Assembly: GCA_965644495.1 (NCBI GenBank)
Contig: CBFFSA010000003.1
Span: 248,001 to 312,000, forward strand
Length of the DNA: 64,000 nucleotides
Direction of reading: 5' to 3'
From: Perkinsela sp. CCAP 1560/9
Taxonomy: Eukaryota; Protista; Euglenozoa: Kinetoplastea
Part shown: positions 30,708 through 41,488 of the stretch, one piece after another
Position numbering within the stretch: the first letter of the stretch is position 1
How the letters are laid out: the number at the start of each line of letters is the position of its first letter
Translations under genes and position numbers: made by a program
The notes under the pieces: generated by a model
What the model was told of the DNA's origin: nothing
What the model saw: only the letters and a program-made list of their open reading frames with translations
Database searches by the model: none

Positions 30708-31609
30708 GCCATATTCTGCCGTATTCTGCCATATTCTGCCTATCACCACCGACCGGCCGCCCCCCCTCTAATATTCATTTTCCAAGCCTACTGGGGGATC
30801 CCTACGGTCACTGTTGCGAGAAAGCAAACTGCATCGAATCGAGGTTTCTACAGCAACTAATTCCGGTGACATGCGACTTCGCAGATCTTCGTACACGAAC
30901 CCCACAGAACTGAACAGCCGCTCGCAGCTTGCTTCAGATGCAACCAAAGAAATAAGCTTTTGCGCTGTTATGGATAAGTGACCAAACTTTCCCTTGAAGC
31001 CACCGCTTGAATGCGGTGGCGTCAGTTGATGACATAGGCTTGATAGCCCAACACATCGAGATTCCTTTGTGTACGAGTGTCACGGCACATGTCGTGCGGT
31101 GGTGAATAGTGGATGTATCCATACATACACTTACATCCGAAAATTTAAATCCAAAGTCAATGCACGTTTTGGTACGCAGTTGCTTGGCGTACTCAATGGT
31201 AAGTTCGTTAAGCTTTTCTCTTCGAGATGGGGTGGGGCACATTCCACGTACAATTTTGTGACGAAATATTGGGTGCTCAAGGGCCGAGGTTGGAATGCCA
31301 CATTCGGATTTCCAGATTATAACATCCTTGTGGTGCTCAGGCGTCGCGGTTTGGGAACTTATGTGCAACGTTGGATTTTCTCGGCGATATTTCTCCCTTT
31401 GCTCCGTGCACCACGTATCATAACTTTTATCGTGTTTTCGAAGATGCCTTTCTGCCGATATGTAATCGGTCTGCAGACCTCTTGCCGTCAAAAAAACGTT
31501 TTTTGCCATTCTCAGGACACAATTTGCACTCCACCATCTGCTTGTCGCCCTCTGCATTAGGTACTTGAGTAAAGAAATCTTTACAAAAAGTGCCCCAGGT
31601 GAGCACCAT
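30708..31609 (-). mobile_element. Internally deleted hAT transposon (BED finger, start of DDE, hATC dimerisation domain)
   Basis: BED finger 'VECKLC...AERHLRKH' (frameshift at A7 31490-31496); 'GIPTSALEHPIF', 'VSVCMDTST'; in another frame 'AQKLISLVASEASCERLFSSVGFVYEDLRSRMSPE' ending TAG at 30768. (gccatattct)x3 subterminal repeats at 30708-30740. Confidence 0.85.
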
Positions 31610-32418
31610 CGGAAAAAAAGTATCTTGTATTGTATAGAGGCCTAATAATGAACTGTAATGAATACAGACGAATCAAAATCATGATGAAAGAAATTTTTGC
31701 AATTTTAAAGTATACGAATAAAAAAAAGTTTTTGAAAGTTTTTAGAAAAAAAATAAAGTAACTTTAAAGTACTTTCTTGAAAGTTTTAAAGTTTCCGCGA
31801 ACCCTGTTCATAAATATTATTATTACGAGTTTAGGTGGCGAACAATATTGCTTGTGCAGTGATTCTGAGTGCAATAAAAGTGCTGAAGCATGCAACGTTC
31901 AAAGGGCAATACATCGCAAACACTTTCCGTTTAAACTTGAATGATAGCGAAAAATACCTAATAAGATGATTAGCGCATTTTTCCACATTATACTAATAAT
32001 ATTATCATATTTTAATATGATAATCAATATTTGATTGTCATATAAAATTTAGTATTTGATACATAGTATCAGAGTACATCGTACCTTAGAAACATTGGAG
32101 TTAGAAGACTTGGAGTTCAATTTACGTTTGACTTCAAGTGCAAACGAAAATTAGAAAAATAACGAAGTGAATTCGTAATCTCGCAATTCGAGATTCGTAT
32201 GTCTACGACCAAAGGAGCAAATTGAAAATTCTTGCATGAATTAATTCAAAAATATTATCCGATGAATGTAAATATACTTTACTGGGAACTCCATCTAGAA
32301 GACAAAAGAAACCATAAAAAAAGAATTTTCTGTAAACTGACTTCGCAGAAATATCTATGAAAATAAGCACCCATTAAGTCTACAGCGCAACACTCCACAA
32401 CACTAGACAAAATTTGCT

Positions 32419-34377
32419 TCAGGAACTAGCATCAGTCTTCTGTGGTGAGTTTAGGAGTTCTCTTTTGTTAGTCGCATATTCGCGCTTGTCTTGTTTAAGT
32501 ACGTTGAGCAGACTGCTCACTAAACTGAGTCGTCTCAGAAGTTCTCGTTGTATCGCAAGCTTAACCAAGTGCCCCGTAAAGTGTTTGTGGTTCATACTTT
32601 TTCCAGAAGCACGTAGTATAGTGTCGGCTTCGTCCAAATTATCTAAAGTCCCGAAAAGACTACAATAGGGGTTTGCATCGATGATGTGTACATCATTTTG
32701 ACGAGGCTTGGGTTTGCGAAGCGATTCCACTCCTGACGGGCTCTCATTTTCGAAAGCGCTACGATTTACGCGAATATCATACCGAAAATAACCATCGTGT
32801 TTCAGTGATTTCCATGCTCGTCTTATAACAGTTTTCATGGTTTTGCGCAACTTTGCCTCTCGACGCGTTTGTACCATACGATAACTCAGGCACGCAGAGC
32901 TCTCTTTAGAATTATTTTCAGAAGCCATGGAACTTTGTTCACCGCGCTTGCTGTGAGGGCATTTGTCTGATGGGATACTCACGGAAAAATAACCCTCAAC
33001 ACCCCCATGTACAGTTGTAAGCGCCGCACCTTGAAAATTTCGTCCTCTTTTTGCTTGATAATTAGCATATTTATCCATGCGCCATTTAAGATCCTCGTGC
33101 TGAAATGTTTCTCCGGAAGGCAGGACAACCTCGATGGGATCTAACACAACCGCGGATGAAGCTCCTTTTCTATGCGAGTTTAATCGTCGTTTTATGAACT
33201 GAATTGCTGTAGCAGGTAAAACGACATTTTTTATCGACATTTGAGATGTCTTGCGAAGGTAGTTAAGCATAGTGTTTATAGTTCGTCGAACCTGAGACAG
33301 TGATATACAATACTTGGGCAACTCCTCGAATACCAAGGCTGCATATTCACGACCATCAATAAATTCTTCGCAAATCATATCTGGAACAGGAAAACCTTTG
33401 GCAACGCGTTCTAACTCCGTAAAGTTGTGCACTTTCGTATCCTTTCGTATGTGAGTCGATCCGCCAAAGTCAGTGTGCGGTTTCACAATAAGGGGAAAAT
33501 GTAATAAATCTTGTGTTATTTTCTCCGCCTTCTTTTCAGAGCTGTCCAGAGATTTGTTGACTGAATCGTAATCGGGTGACTGTATTTGAATCAGTAGTGA
33601 CTTTCCGTCCTCTGTCGGGCTCAAGTATTGGGTGCTGCGATCTCGAATAATAACGTAGCGCGGGCTATTTACCCCATTTTTCTTAATTTGAGATTTGAGA
33701 GTGGCAAAGTTTCTGGGAGATGCGCCTGTGTATGCGTGTCCATATGCCTCGTAAGTTGCGATAGCTCTCTTCCCCCCAATGGCACCTGTTTTCGTATCCT
33801 CTTCCACATTATCAATGAGATTTACAATCACAGCGTCACGCGGTAGATGTTTCACAATCTGCTCAAAGTTTTGCGCACTTACAATCACTAATTGTACATC
33901 ATGGTTTTCGGAGGCTAACCAAGAGAAATCATGAGATTCCGCTGGATACTGTGAAATAATGCGTATCTTCAATGGATTCGGGAGTAATGCAGCTTTTTCC
34001 AAAAGGGTTACCAAATCTTGACAGTGAGTGCGAAATTTCTCGGCCAAGACGTCAGGGGGAGACTCTATACGCGCTTGGGTAGGGCGTGCATCATTTTCAA
34101 GCCCGGTCGTAGTACCAGTTTTTAACGAATTCGTCATTAATGTGTTGTTTACATTTTTTTCATCACTGGTGGGTAAACAAGTTTCTGGCCGTGCAGTGTC
34201 TTGTTCTCTCTCACGCGTATCAGTTAATGTTTTTGAGGTCGCGATATGTGGACTGTACCCAAAGAACTTCACACCTGAAGTAAAGACTGTTGCACCTTGA
34301 GTAGACTTTGTATTGCAATAATGTGAACACCTTTGGAGTGTAGCCGTGAAGCGTCGCAACCGCAACAGCTGGGGCAT
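32419..34377 (-). CDS. D-Ala-D-Ala-ligase-like ATP-grasp protein with mitochondrial-type leader
   Basis: 'VNLID', 'YTGAS', 'FPLIVKP', 'ICEEFIDGREY', 'DGYFRYDIRV', 'IIDANPYCSLF'; N-terminus MPQLLRLRRF. Confidence 0.75.
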   Translation of the reverse strand: MPQLLRLRRFTATLQRCSHYCNTKSTQGATVFTSGVKFFGYSPHIATSKTLTDTREREQDTARPETCLPTSDEKNVNNTLMTNSLKTGTTTGLENDARPTQARIESPPDVLAEKFRTHCQDLVTLLEKAALLPNPLKIRIISQYPAESHDFSWLASENHDVQLVIVSAQNFEQIVKHLPRDAVIVNLIDNVEEDTKTGAIGGKRAIATYEAYGHAYTGASPRNFATLKSQIKKNGVNSPRYVIIRDRSTQYLSPTEDGKSLLIQIQSPDYDSVNKSLDSSEKKAEKITQDLLHFPLIVKPHTDFGGSTHIRKDTKVHNFTELERVAKGFPVPDMICEEFIDGREYAALVFEELPKYCISLSQVRRTINTMLNYLRKTSQMSIKNVVLPATAIQFIKRRLNSHRKGASSAVVLDPIEVVLPSGETFQHEDLKWRMDKYANYQAKRGRNFQGAALTTVHGGVEGYFSVSIPSDKCPHSKRGEQSSMASENNSKESSACLSYRMVQTRREAKLRKTMKTVIRRAWKSLKHDGYFRYDIRVNRSAFENESPSGVESLRKPKPRQNDVHIIDANPYCSLFGTLDNLDEADTILRASGKSMNHKHFTGHLVKLAIQRELLRRLSLVSSLLNVLKQDKREYATNKRELLNSPQKTDASS

Positions 34378-34660
34378 TACGAACAAGGGAATTTAAATAT
34401 GGGGGGTCAACGCTTTTTTTATAATATATTTTCCTGTAATTTTTTGAGGCACAGCAACTTATAATCATTATTTATCGATGAAACACGTTGGTTACAACCC
34501 AATGGATTGCGCGCAACACGTTTAAAACATGTAAAGTTTTGAGTCTATTTAAGAAGTATACATAAATTTCTTTGAGAGGAAGCGACTAATATTTAGCGTG
34601 AAATAGAGTGCTATGCACTACACCGTACTTACAGATGTACTTCCACCGAACTTTTACGAA

Positions 34661-35971
34661 TCACTTTCGACGATACAATAAGACGTATGCAATGTGGGCT
34701 TCTCCTACACCACGGAGTCGCATTATGTCCTCCTCACTAACACGGGCACTGTTCTCATCGTCAGCCACAATCCAACTGTTTTCGGGACCACGTACCCAAG
34801 CAACGTAGTGTCCCCCATCTCCCGTACGTCCTTTGTGGGAAACTATTCCGCAAAGTTCGTAGCACGTAGCAATACTTTGGTTCGAAGAACATTCTTCGCT
34901 TGCGCTATTTCCTTCTTTCTCGTTTGAGGACACTTTGCCTTCCTTCGGCTTTAGATCTTGTTTTAAATCTTCCACACAATGCGAAGAGAGATCAAGTACT
35001 AAAGGAAAAGTAACAGCTTTCAATATTTTGGCTTTCTGAGTTGTATCGTGCCGCCAGCTAAATCGCATCATATGCACATAGAGATATTCCGGCAAATGGG
35101 AAATTCTGGACAGTTTTTCCCATTTGGCATCTCGTTTTAAAGCATCCGAATATTTAATCATTTCTTCCTTCATGGAGAGTAATAGACCATTTTCAAGACA
35201 TGCCGTATCTTGTGATATGGTACAGCTCAACATAAGAGACGAAGTAGAGCTCATCTGTGGTTCCGTAGCCTCGTCTTCTAAACACCTCACACTTTCCCTT
35301 GATTCAATAACAAATAAACGACGAAACGACTTTTGTAGTGACTCCTTATCAAGGGATGCTCGTATGTGGTTCAGAATACAAGATAACGCTTCTTGGGCGT
35401 CTTGTTGTAAAAGTGCACCTTGAGTGTCCCGTTCCGCAAATTGGGGAAATGCGGCGTGGAAGGCTATTAAAAAGGCAAGGGGGTGACAAGCCTGGGAGTC
35501 ACTTTTTGTGAGCTCCTGGAGAAGATTTCCGAGCATGTTCACAAATGGAAAGTCCTTGCGACGGTTGTCGTCATTGTTTGGGAATAAAGAGGGTAGCTGT
35601 GGAATGCACAACAGCAATTGAATCGAAGCGTTAAGATAGCAAGTGTTTCCAATATTGTGGAGTCCCCGACGAAGAGACACATCTTGAATAGTTTCGGGAT
35701 CACTCTTTACAGTATCAAGCTTCGTGGCTGATGCGGAATTCTTTTTCATCGATGCGAGAGGGTCACAAGACCCTATCAAAAGCAGAGAACGTTTACCTTC
35801 CAATGTAGCCGACAGTGGGATGTCATCTTCGATCCGAGCTCCGATTAATTTTTGTCTATTAGATTCCACGCCCGTGAGACTCTGCAATTGGGCGCGAAGA
35901 ATGAGACCCGTGTCTTCAGGATCTGCCTCCAGGTCAAACGTTTTCTTTCCCCACTTCACGGTGATTCGCAT
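34661..35971 (-). CDS. UBP6: Proteasome-associated deubiquitinase Ubp6/USP14
   Basis: N-terminal UBL 'ITVKWGKK', Cys box 'GLHNIGNTCYLNA', 'QQDAQE', His box 'SHKGRTGDGGHYVAW'. Confidence 0.95.
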   Translation of the reverse strand: MRITVKWGKKTFDLEADPEDTGLILRAQLQSLTGVESNRQKLIGARIEDDIPLSATLEGKRSLLLIGSCDPLASMKKNSASATKLDTVKSDPETIQDVSLRRGLHNIGNTCYLNASIQLLLCIPQLPSLFPNNDDNRRKDFPFVNMLGNLLQELTKSDSQACHPLAFLIAFHAAFPQFAERDTQGALLQQDAQEALSCILNHIRASLDKESLQKSFRRLFVIESRESVRCLEDEATEPQMSSTSSLMLSCTISQDTACLENGLLLSMKEEMIKYSDALKRDAKWEKLSRISHLPEYLYVHMMRFSWRHDTTQKAKILKAVTFPLVLDLSSHCVEDLKQDLKPKEGKVSSNEKEGNSASEECSSNQSIATCYELCGIVSHKGRTGDGGHYVAWVRGPENSWIVADDENSARVSEEDIMRLRGVGEAHIAYVLLYRRK

Positions 35972-36125
35972 TAGTAGGACTGATAAGAGAAGAATGAAGA
36001 AATAGATTGTGTGATAAAAGAAATAAACTGTGCGCTGTGTATATTTTGCCAATACATAGATCTATTTTTCAATAGAAGTGGGCTCTACTTTTCACATTCT
36101 ACAAGCACTATATGCCTCTCTATCT

Positions 36126-36914
36126 CTATACCGCCTCGGAGGTGGGCGCAGAAGAAGGCTGCGGTTCTACCTCCACCCCCACTTCGGATTCCTGTTCTTT
36201 ACTCGCAACACTTGCCGAGGTCGACTCTTGGGGAGCCGAAGTCGACACTGTGGAGGCATTCACGAGGTGCCATAGGTGCTGCAATCGTTCCACCTGAGAG
36301 GGAGTAGGTGCCGGGGGGTGGGGCCGACCTGTCCACCCACAGAACGCCCATTTCCGCTTGCTCAGTCCGCAGCCCAAGCACACGTGGGGGTAGAAGCCGT
36401 CAATTGGTCCACTAGATTTTTTTCTATGTGTTCGTTTCTTTTTTATGGGCGGTTCTTCTTCAGGCACTAATGCCAGTGCCTTTGTCTCATCCGCTGTTAG
36501 TGGTACGGAGAGTTCAGGTAGAACAGTTGAGCGTTCCATGGCGTTCGCATTTTCGGGAGTAATATATTTTCCTTTGTTTAGCTCAGTTTCGGTTGTAGGT
36601 ACTGTATTTGAATCGGGTGTAATCATTTCTGATAAACGCACGTCGCATCCATCTCCGACAGTTGTTGCACCCTGTTCGGAATCGAGAGCGTTCGTAAAGC
36701 TTTCATTTCTATTCTCATTCTGTTGAGTATCGGTGACATCATTAGTACTCAAGTTGTTTTGCTCCGCATGTACTGCGTCTGAACAAACAACGTTACCGCT
36801 CTTCCTATCTTGCCCAAACGAGTCGGGAGCACTGAGATCTGCAAATTCAGAGGGAGGTCGTGCATTCTGGTTCTGTGCGTCGCTCGAATCCGGAGTATCA
36901 AGTGAAGAAATCAT
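36126..36914 (-). CDS. Acidic low-complexity protein with a CxxC...FCxxTGxxH Zn-binding motif
   Basis: 'VCLGCGLSKRKWAFCGWTGRPH' preceded by a basic NLS-like KKKRTHRKK. Confidence 0.65.
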   Translation of the reverse strand: MISSLDTPDSSDAQNQNARPPSEFADLSAPDSFGQDRKSGNVVCSDAVHAEQNNLSTNDVTDTQQNENRNESFTNALDSEQGATTVGDGCDVRLSEMITPDSNTVPTTETELNKGKYITPENANAMERSTVLPELSVPLTADETKALALVPEEEPPIKKKRTHRKKSSGPIDGFYPHVCLGCGLSKRKWAFCGWTGRPHPPAPTPSQVERLQHLWHLVNASTVSTSAPQESTSASVASKEQESEVGVEVEPQPSSAPTSEAV

Positions 36915-37449
36915 ATATCAATACGACGATGCTGTAAACTCTGAAAAAACATTTTTGGAGAATTGATTCTTTAAAAAATGCTTTTATTAAAAGCATGTAT
37001 TTTAAAATTCAAAAGCTGTAAAAAATATATTTTAAAATTCAAAAGCTGTACAAAAAAGTTGAAAGCGCTTCAAAAGCGCTTTTTTAAAATTTTAAAAGTT
37101 TCCTCGGGCCTTGAAGAGCATTCCAGTCCAAAAGGATATGAACGTCGGCTATTGGCATTTGGTTCAATCAGAAGAACCTGTCATAACAAGAGCCTTTTCC
37201 CTAGTTTCATAGTTCGAAGCTATGAGATTTCGAAAGGCTCAATGCCCGAAGGTCTCAACCAAACAAGTGAAAACAAAAGTTTGAACCATTAACTCATGCG
37301 TGTTGTCCTGGTGAGCTTCTATCTTAACGTTGATTTCGTTGCGGAATACCCCCACAAAATTCAATAAAAACTGCAATGTAGGGGGCGTGTGTAAAAAGGA
37401 GGTTCCGCTAAGACGTTCTGAGTGCCGAAAGTAGTGCCGTGTTCTGGGC

Positions 37450-38157
37450 CTACAAGAAGACCTCTATGAATCCCATGAAGTGTTTTACTACGCTATTCAA
37501 AAAACGGTGCCACATAATGCAAGTATGAGAGGTAAAAGAAATTTCGAATTGTAACGGTGCTAGTTCCCATGCTGGTTTTGGCATTGTTTCTATCTTTTCT
37601 TCAGTTTGAAGACCTTGATTGTGTTCGCTTTTTCCCTTCGAAGTACTGTCGTGTGCTACCTGTTTGTCGGGATTGTCTACCACCGGTGGTTTCAGCAGAT
37701 TTACTGGAATACACTGCTTGACTCGGAGATAAAAAAGAGGCGCATCGCTTGTAAAGTCTTCTGTTTCCCTATCATCCTTTTCTTCCAATCCGCTAGATAA
37801 ATCACTGTTTTGTGTAGGGTCTCTTCTGTAGTACTCAACATGATTCCCGCAGCGCGCTTGCATAGAGGCAGAGGTCAGTCTTCCATCCGCGACCGCGAGT
37901 ATTGTAGCCACAGACTTGATGTCCAGATATACACTGTGACGTCGAGTCATGTCAAAAGAAGGGCGTGAGAACTCTGTTGCCGATGAGTCGCGTGGGTAAT
38001 ACGTCACGAGTATGGACCCTTTCTCCAAATAGGTTACAGAAAAGCGGTACCCGTTTTTACCGGATTTCGGCATATGGTGAACATCGAAAGCAGGCCGTCT
38101 AAAGTCTGTGAGAGCTCGTGCGGACTTGCAACGAGCGATGTACGATCGCATCATCAT
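37450..38157 (-). CDS. Mitochondrial guide-RNA-binding protein of the MRP1/MRP2 (gBP21/gBP25) family, closer to MRP2
   Basis: 'PAFDVHH', 'FDMTRRHSVYL...ILAVADGR', C-terminal 'FEISF...HRFLNSVVKHFMGF'; presequence-like N-terminus. Confidence 0.8.
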   Translation of the reverse strand: MMMRSYIARCKSARALTDFRRPAFDVHHMPKSGKNGYRFSVTYLEKGSILVTYYPRDSSATEFSRPSFDMTRRHSVYLDIKSVATILAVADGRLTSASMQARCGNHVEYYRRDPTQNSDLSSGLEEKDDRETEDFTSDAPLFYLRVKQCIPVNLLKPPVVDNPDKQVAHDSTSKGKSEHNQGLQTEEKIETMPKPAWELAPLQFEISFTSHTCIMWHRFLNSVVKHFMGFIEVFL

Positions 38158-38486
38158 TCATGCATTTAAGCCCACCTTTGGAAATTTTATACCGAACCAA
38201 ATGTAGGACACTAGAAAATTAGTGACATAATTTCTTGAAAGTTTAATATATTTTAGAAGCGGTACGTCATTCTACGCTACTACTCGCGCAATACATGTAG
38301 GTAAATCATCGTAAGAAAACGAATGATTAAAATGAAACATCAAGTCTCTGAATGAAAATAGCCCATAAACGTCACCAAGTTCTATGTTACCTTAGTTTTT
38401 ATGGAATAGGTATACAATAGGTTTGAATGCGAATTAAATAAAAGCAATAGATTTTCTTATGACAGTATCACTATGCTGTGGTAGAT

Positions 38487-38798
38487 CTACTCCTGGGTCT
38501 GGGAATCGGGCTTTTTGGTTTCCGACTTTCCCCGAATAACATACGTGTGTCCAGGAATGTTTGCGTCGACCCGAGGGTTTTTAAAGGTGGTTACACTTTC
38601 ATCCTCACGGTGAAAACTCACCTCTTCGATGTCACCGATACCCGCGGCACCAAGTTTCTTCAGCATGCCTTGAAACTTTTTGTCGTCTCCTCCTGAAGTC
38701 TTGTGAACTCCTTTAGACTTTCGGCGCACCGTACCTTTCCCTCCAAGGCGTACAGCTTGGGCTCTTTTTTCCAGAAGCTCTTTCGTGACGCCAGTCAT
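38487..38798 (-). CDS. BTF3: Nascent polypeptide-associated complex beta (BTF3)
   Basis: 'VRLGGKGTVRRK', 'DDKK...LKKLG', 'IEEV', 'FKNPRV'. Confidence 0.93.
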   Translation of the reverse strand: MTGVTKELLEKRAQAVRLGGKGTVRRKSKGVHKTSGGDDKKFQGMLKKLGAAGIGDIEEVSFHREDESVTTFKNPRVDANIPGHTYVIRGKSETKKPDSQTQE

Positions 38799-39100
38799 TA
38801 AAATTGATTTAATAGATATTGTTAAGTTGATAGGATAAAAAAATGAAATGCCCAATAACAAAAGTATTGTATCTTTTACACAATTTATCGAGATTATTTC
38901 GTCGCTATGATGTGCAAATTATTTCGTTAACGCGAAGCCTTCATTAATATCCGTTTGGCGTTCTTTCGATCCTCCTATTCAGACTACGGCAGAAGATAAC
39001 GGCTCATCTTCAACGTTTAGTCTTTGCGTCCTGAAAATAGAAATCCAACGCACTGGGGGTTTCCTACTCGTCCACGTATGCTTGTTCGATGCAATAAATT

Positions 39101-40273
39101 TCATCTAACCAACGAATGAAGGAGTGAGAAGAATATGGAGAAAAATAAAAGAAATACGGAAATCATCCTTCTCCACGTGCCCATTATTCCACTTTGACGT
39201 AGGCGTGCTTTTTTAAGCTCTAAATGTGTCTCCGACAGATTGCTCTCATGCAAGTGACTGTCGTCTAAGAGATCATGAAGACTCTGATGTTGGGACTCCA
39301 CATGTGACTGTAACATTTGATTTAGTTCGGCCACTTGGTGGACACGATTCACAGTGTCTGCTTTTATTGCCTCATCGAGTTCTAAGCGCGAATGCATAAT
39401 TGATGGAGGAAATTTATTTTCCTCTGAGAAATTATCCTTTACCTCATCTGCGAATGTCTCTACTCTGCCCAATGTAGCGGCAGATGGGGCCGAATAGTGA
39501 TGGCGGGACAGCCGTAGTCTCGGGACAGGTAAAATACCGAATGGAGCTTTAAAAACCAGAAGCTGCTGGTCCCACACCTTAATAATTCGTAATGTAATGT
39601 ACTTTGTCACATCCTGCAATTCTTTCTTGAGTCGCTGAAGAAGCAAACGAATATGACCAATCCATTGGGGACATACAAAGTCATTTCTTCGACGCAGTAA
39701 ATTTAACATCTTTTTCGATGTCTCTACTTTATTAATTAGGAGCTTATCATCAACAATTACGCGAAGTACACTGGGACACCTTCCGGAATTTGAAGTGTTG
39801 TTAGATAAATTGGAAGGAGCACTACTACTGCCTCCTTCAGAAAGTGTATTTTGGATAGCATCCTCCATAGATATTTTCAAGGCATCATACTGGACCCTCC
39901 TTTTTCTCCATTGCTCCGGTGAGGAATAACTAACCACTAAATCTTCATTCAATAGGAATAATTTCAAACCCACACAGTGATATGTACTTCGGATATCGAC
40001 TTTTCCGCAAATATCTTTATGTACCATAACAAAGAATTCGGCTAGCATTGCGCGTACTCGGAATGTGATCAAAGAAATAAACTGTACGACGGATTTAAAC
40101 TCAAGTTGGTTGTAAGGAAAATATTTCGGAGCATCAGAGACACGGTTTGGTTGCGCAACCGCATTTGTGTTATTTTGAAGAGATGTTACCATACTTTGAA
40201 ACCGTAGTGTATGCTCCATATAGACCGTAGAGTCTAAAAAAGTCATGGGTAATATTTTTATGCCAGCAGTCAA
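39101..40273 (-). CDS. Tail-anchored SNARE, syntaxin-18/Ufe1-like (start uncertain)
   Basis: Heptad SNARE-like segment 'VAELNQMLQSHVESQHQSLHDL...NLSETHLELKKA' followed by a C-terminal TM helix. Confidence 0.6.
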   Translation of the reverse strand: MTAGIKILPMTFLDSTVYMEHTLRFQSMVTSLQNNTNAVAQPNRVSDAPKYFPYNQLEFKSVVQFISLITFRVRAMLAEFFVMVHKDICGKVDIRSTYHCVGLKLFLLNEDLVVSYSSPEQWRKRRVQYDALKISMEDAIQNTLSEGGSSSAPSNLSNNTSNSGRCPSVLRVIVDDKLLINKVETSKKMLNLLRRRNDFVCPQWIGHIRLLLQRLKKELQDVTKYITLRIIKVWDQQLLVFKAPFGILPVPRLRLSRHHYSAPSAATLGRVETFADEVKDNFSEENKFPPSIMHSRLELDEAIKADTVNRVHQVAELNQMLQSHVESQHQSLHDLLDDSHLHESNLSETHLELKKARLRQSGIMGTWRRMISVFLLFFSIFFSLLHSLVR

Positions 40274-40783
40274 GGGACTGTTTCGCTTAGCCTACGTCAT
40301 TTTTGCGTGATCTGACTTCAAACTCCGCTAGGGTGGTTTTCTGACAAGCAAGAAGACATAACCCTTTCTCAAAATAAACTAAAAACTCTTGCAAATTTAA
40401 CGGTATATCTCTTGAAAACGCCTTGAAAAGGCCCAAGAGGGTGTTTAAAGATAGAAAAAATATATTCAAATGCATTATCGGTGACAAGTTTCCATCAAAA
40501 TCGTCATAAAAAGAGTTGAGCTTTCTCCGAACCTCGTTTCATTTTTGACAGAGTACAAATTCGTAAGAAACTTCGTATTACAGAACCGTTTATATTCTCA
40601 ATTGTGGTACGGACTTTACAATTTGACAGAAATGGTAAGAATTCAGACAGATTTGCAATTGATCAAGCTCGACAAATCCGATATCGTGCAAATCTCTGGG
40701 CCGTGTGCTTGCAGCTTCGAGCTGTGCACACGAGAAAGCGTTTGAGCACACAAGAGCAACGGCTACGCTCTCTGCTGTTTTTC

Positions 40784-41173
40784 TTAAAATACATGGAAGA
40801 TGCCGTAAGAAAGCGTCCACAAAAGCACGAATGTCAATAAGGACTCCGTCAGTGAATTTAATGGAAACAATTCGTCGTACGATGTGAAGTAAGACGCGAG
40901 ATGAAGGTTGTCCCACCTGCATGTCCTCGGTCTAGAGTATTTTATGTTTGGTAAAGTACAGAAAAATGTACAGAGAGACATCACATGTCCAACAGCTAAC
41001 AAGCAGAACCCGTAAGTGCCCTCAATACAGAAGACACCAGCTAGAACTCCAGACAGGACAGACTGCAAGACAATCAATTTGTTCAATTGTTTAGCGTTGT
41101 GCTCGGCATATCTTTTGTCGATAATAGCATCCGATCCCCACAATCGGAGAGCGGCATCCTCGGGAAAAATCAT
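40784..41173 (-). CDS. EMC6: ER membrane complex subunit 6
   Basis: 'HN...SVLSGVLAGVFCIEGTYGF', 'LLTFVLLWTLSYGIFHVF'. Confidence 0.88.
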   Translation of the reverse strand: MIFPEDAALRLWGSDAIIDKRYAEHNAKQLNKLIVLQSVLSGVLAGVFCIEGTYGFCLLAVGHVMSLCTFFCTLPNIKYSRPRTCRWDNLHLASYFTSYDELFPLNSLTESLLTFVLLWTLSYGIFHVF

Positions 41174-41488
41174 AAAGCGAATACAAGCTATGGGTGGGGC
41201 GTTCAATATTCTGATAGCTGTAGGCTCATAGTTCAATAATACAGATCATGTATTTCACCTATCAAACCCAGAAAACAAAGAACTCAAAGATCTTTTCTTA
41301 TTGAAACAGCAAAAATTGGGATTCATGAATATCTAGTTATTCGCTCAACGACATTGGTCATTGGGTCGAATTGACGTTTGAGATTCGTCAATTACATGTT
41401 TTGGAGTATGATTTTTACAGAAAGTTGAAATATTTCTATCGGGGTACAAATCCTCGCACAAATTCAAATTCCCCCTCTTCACGACACC

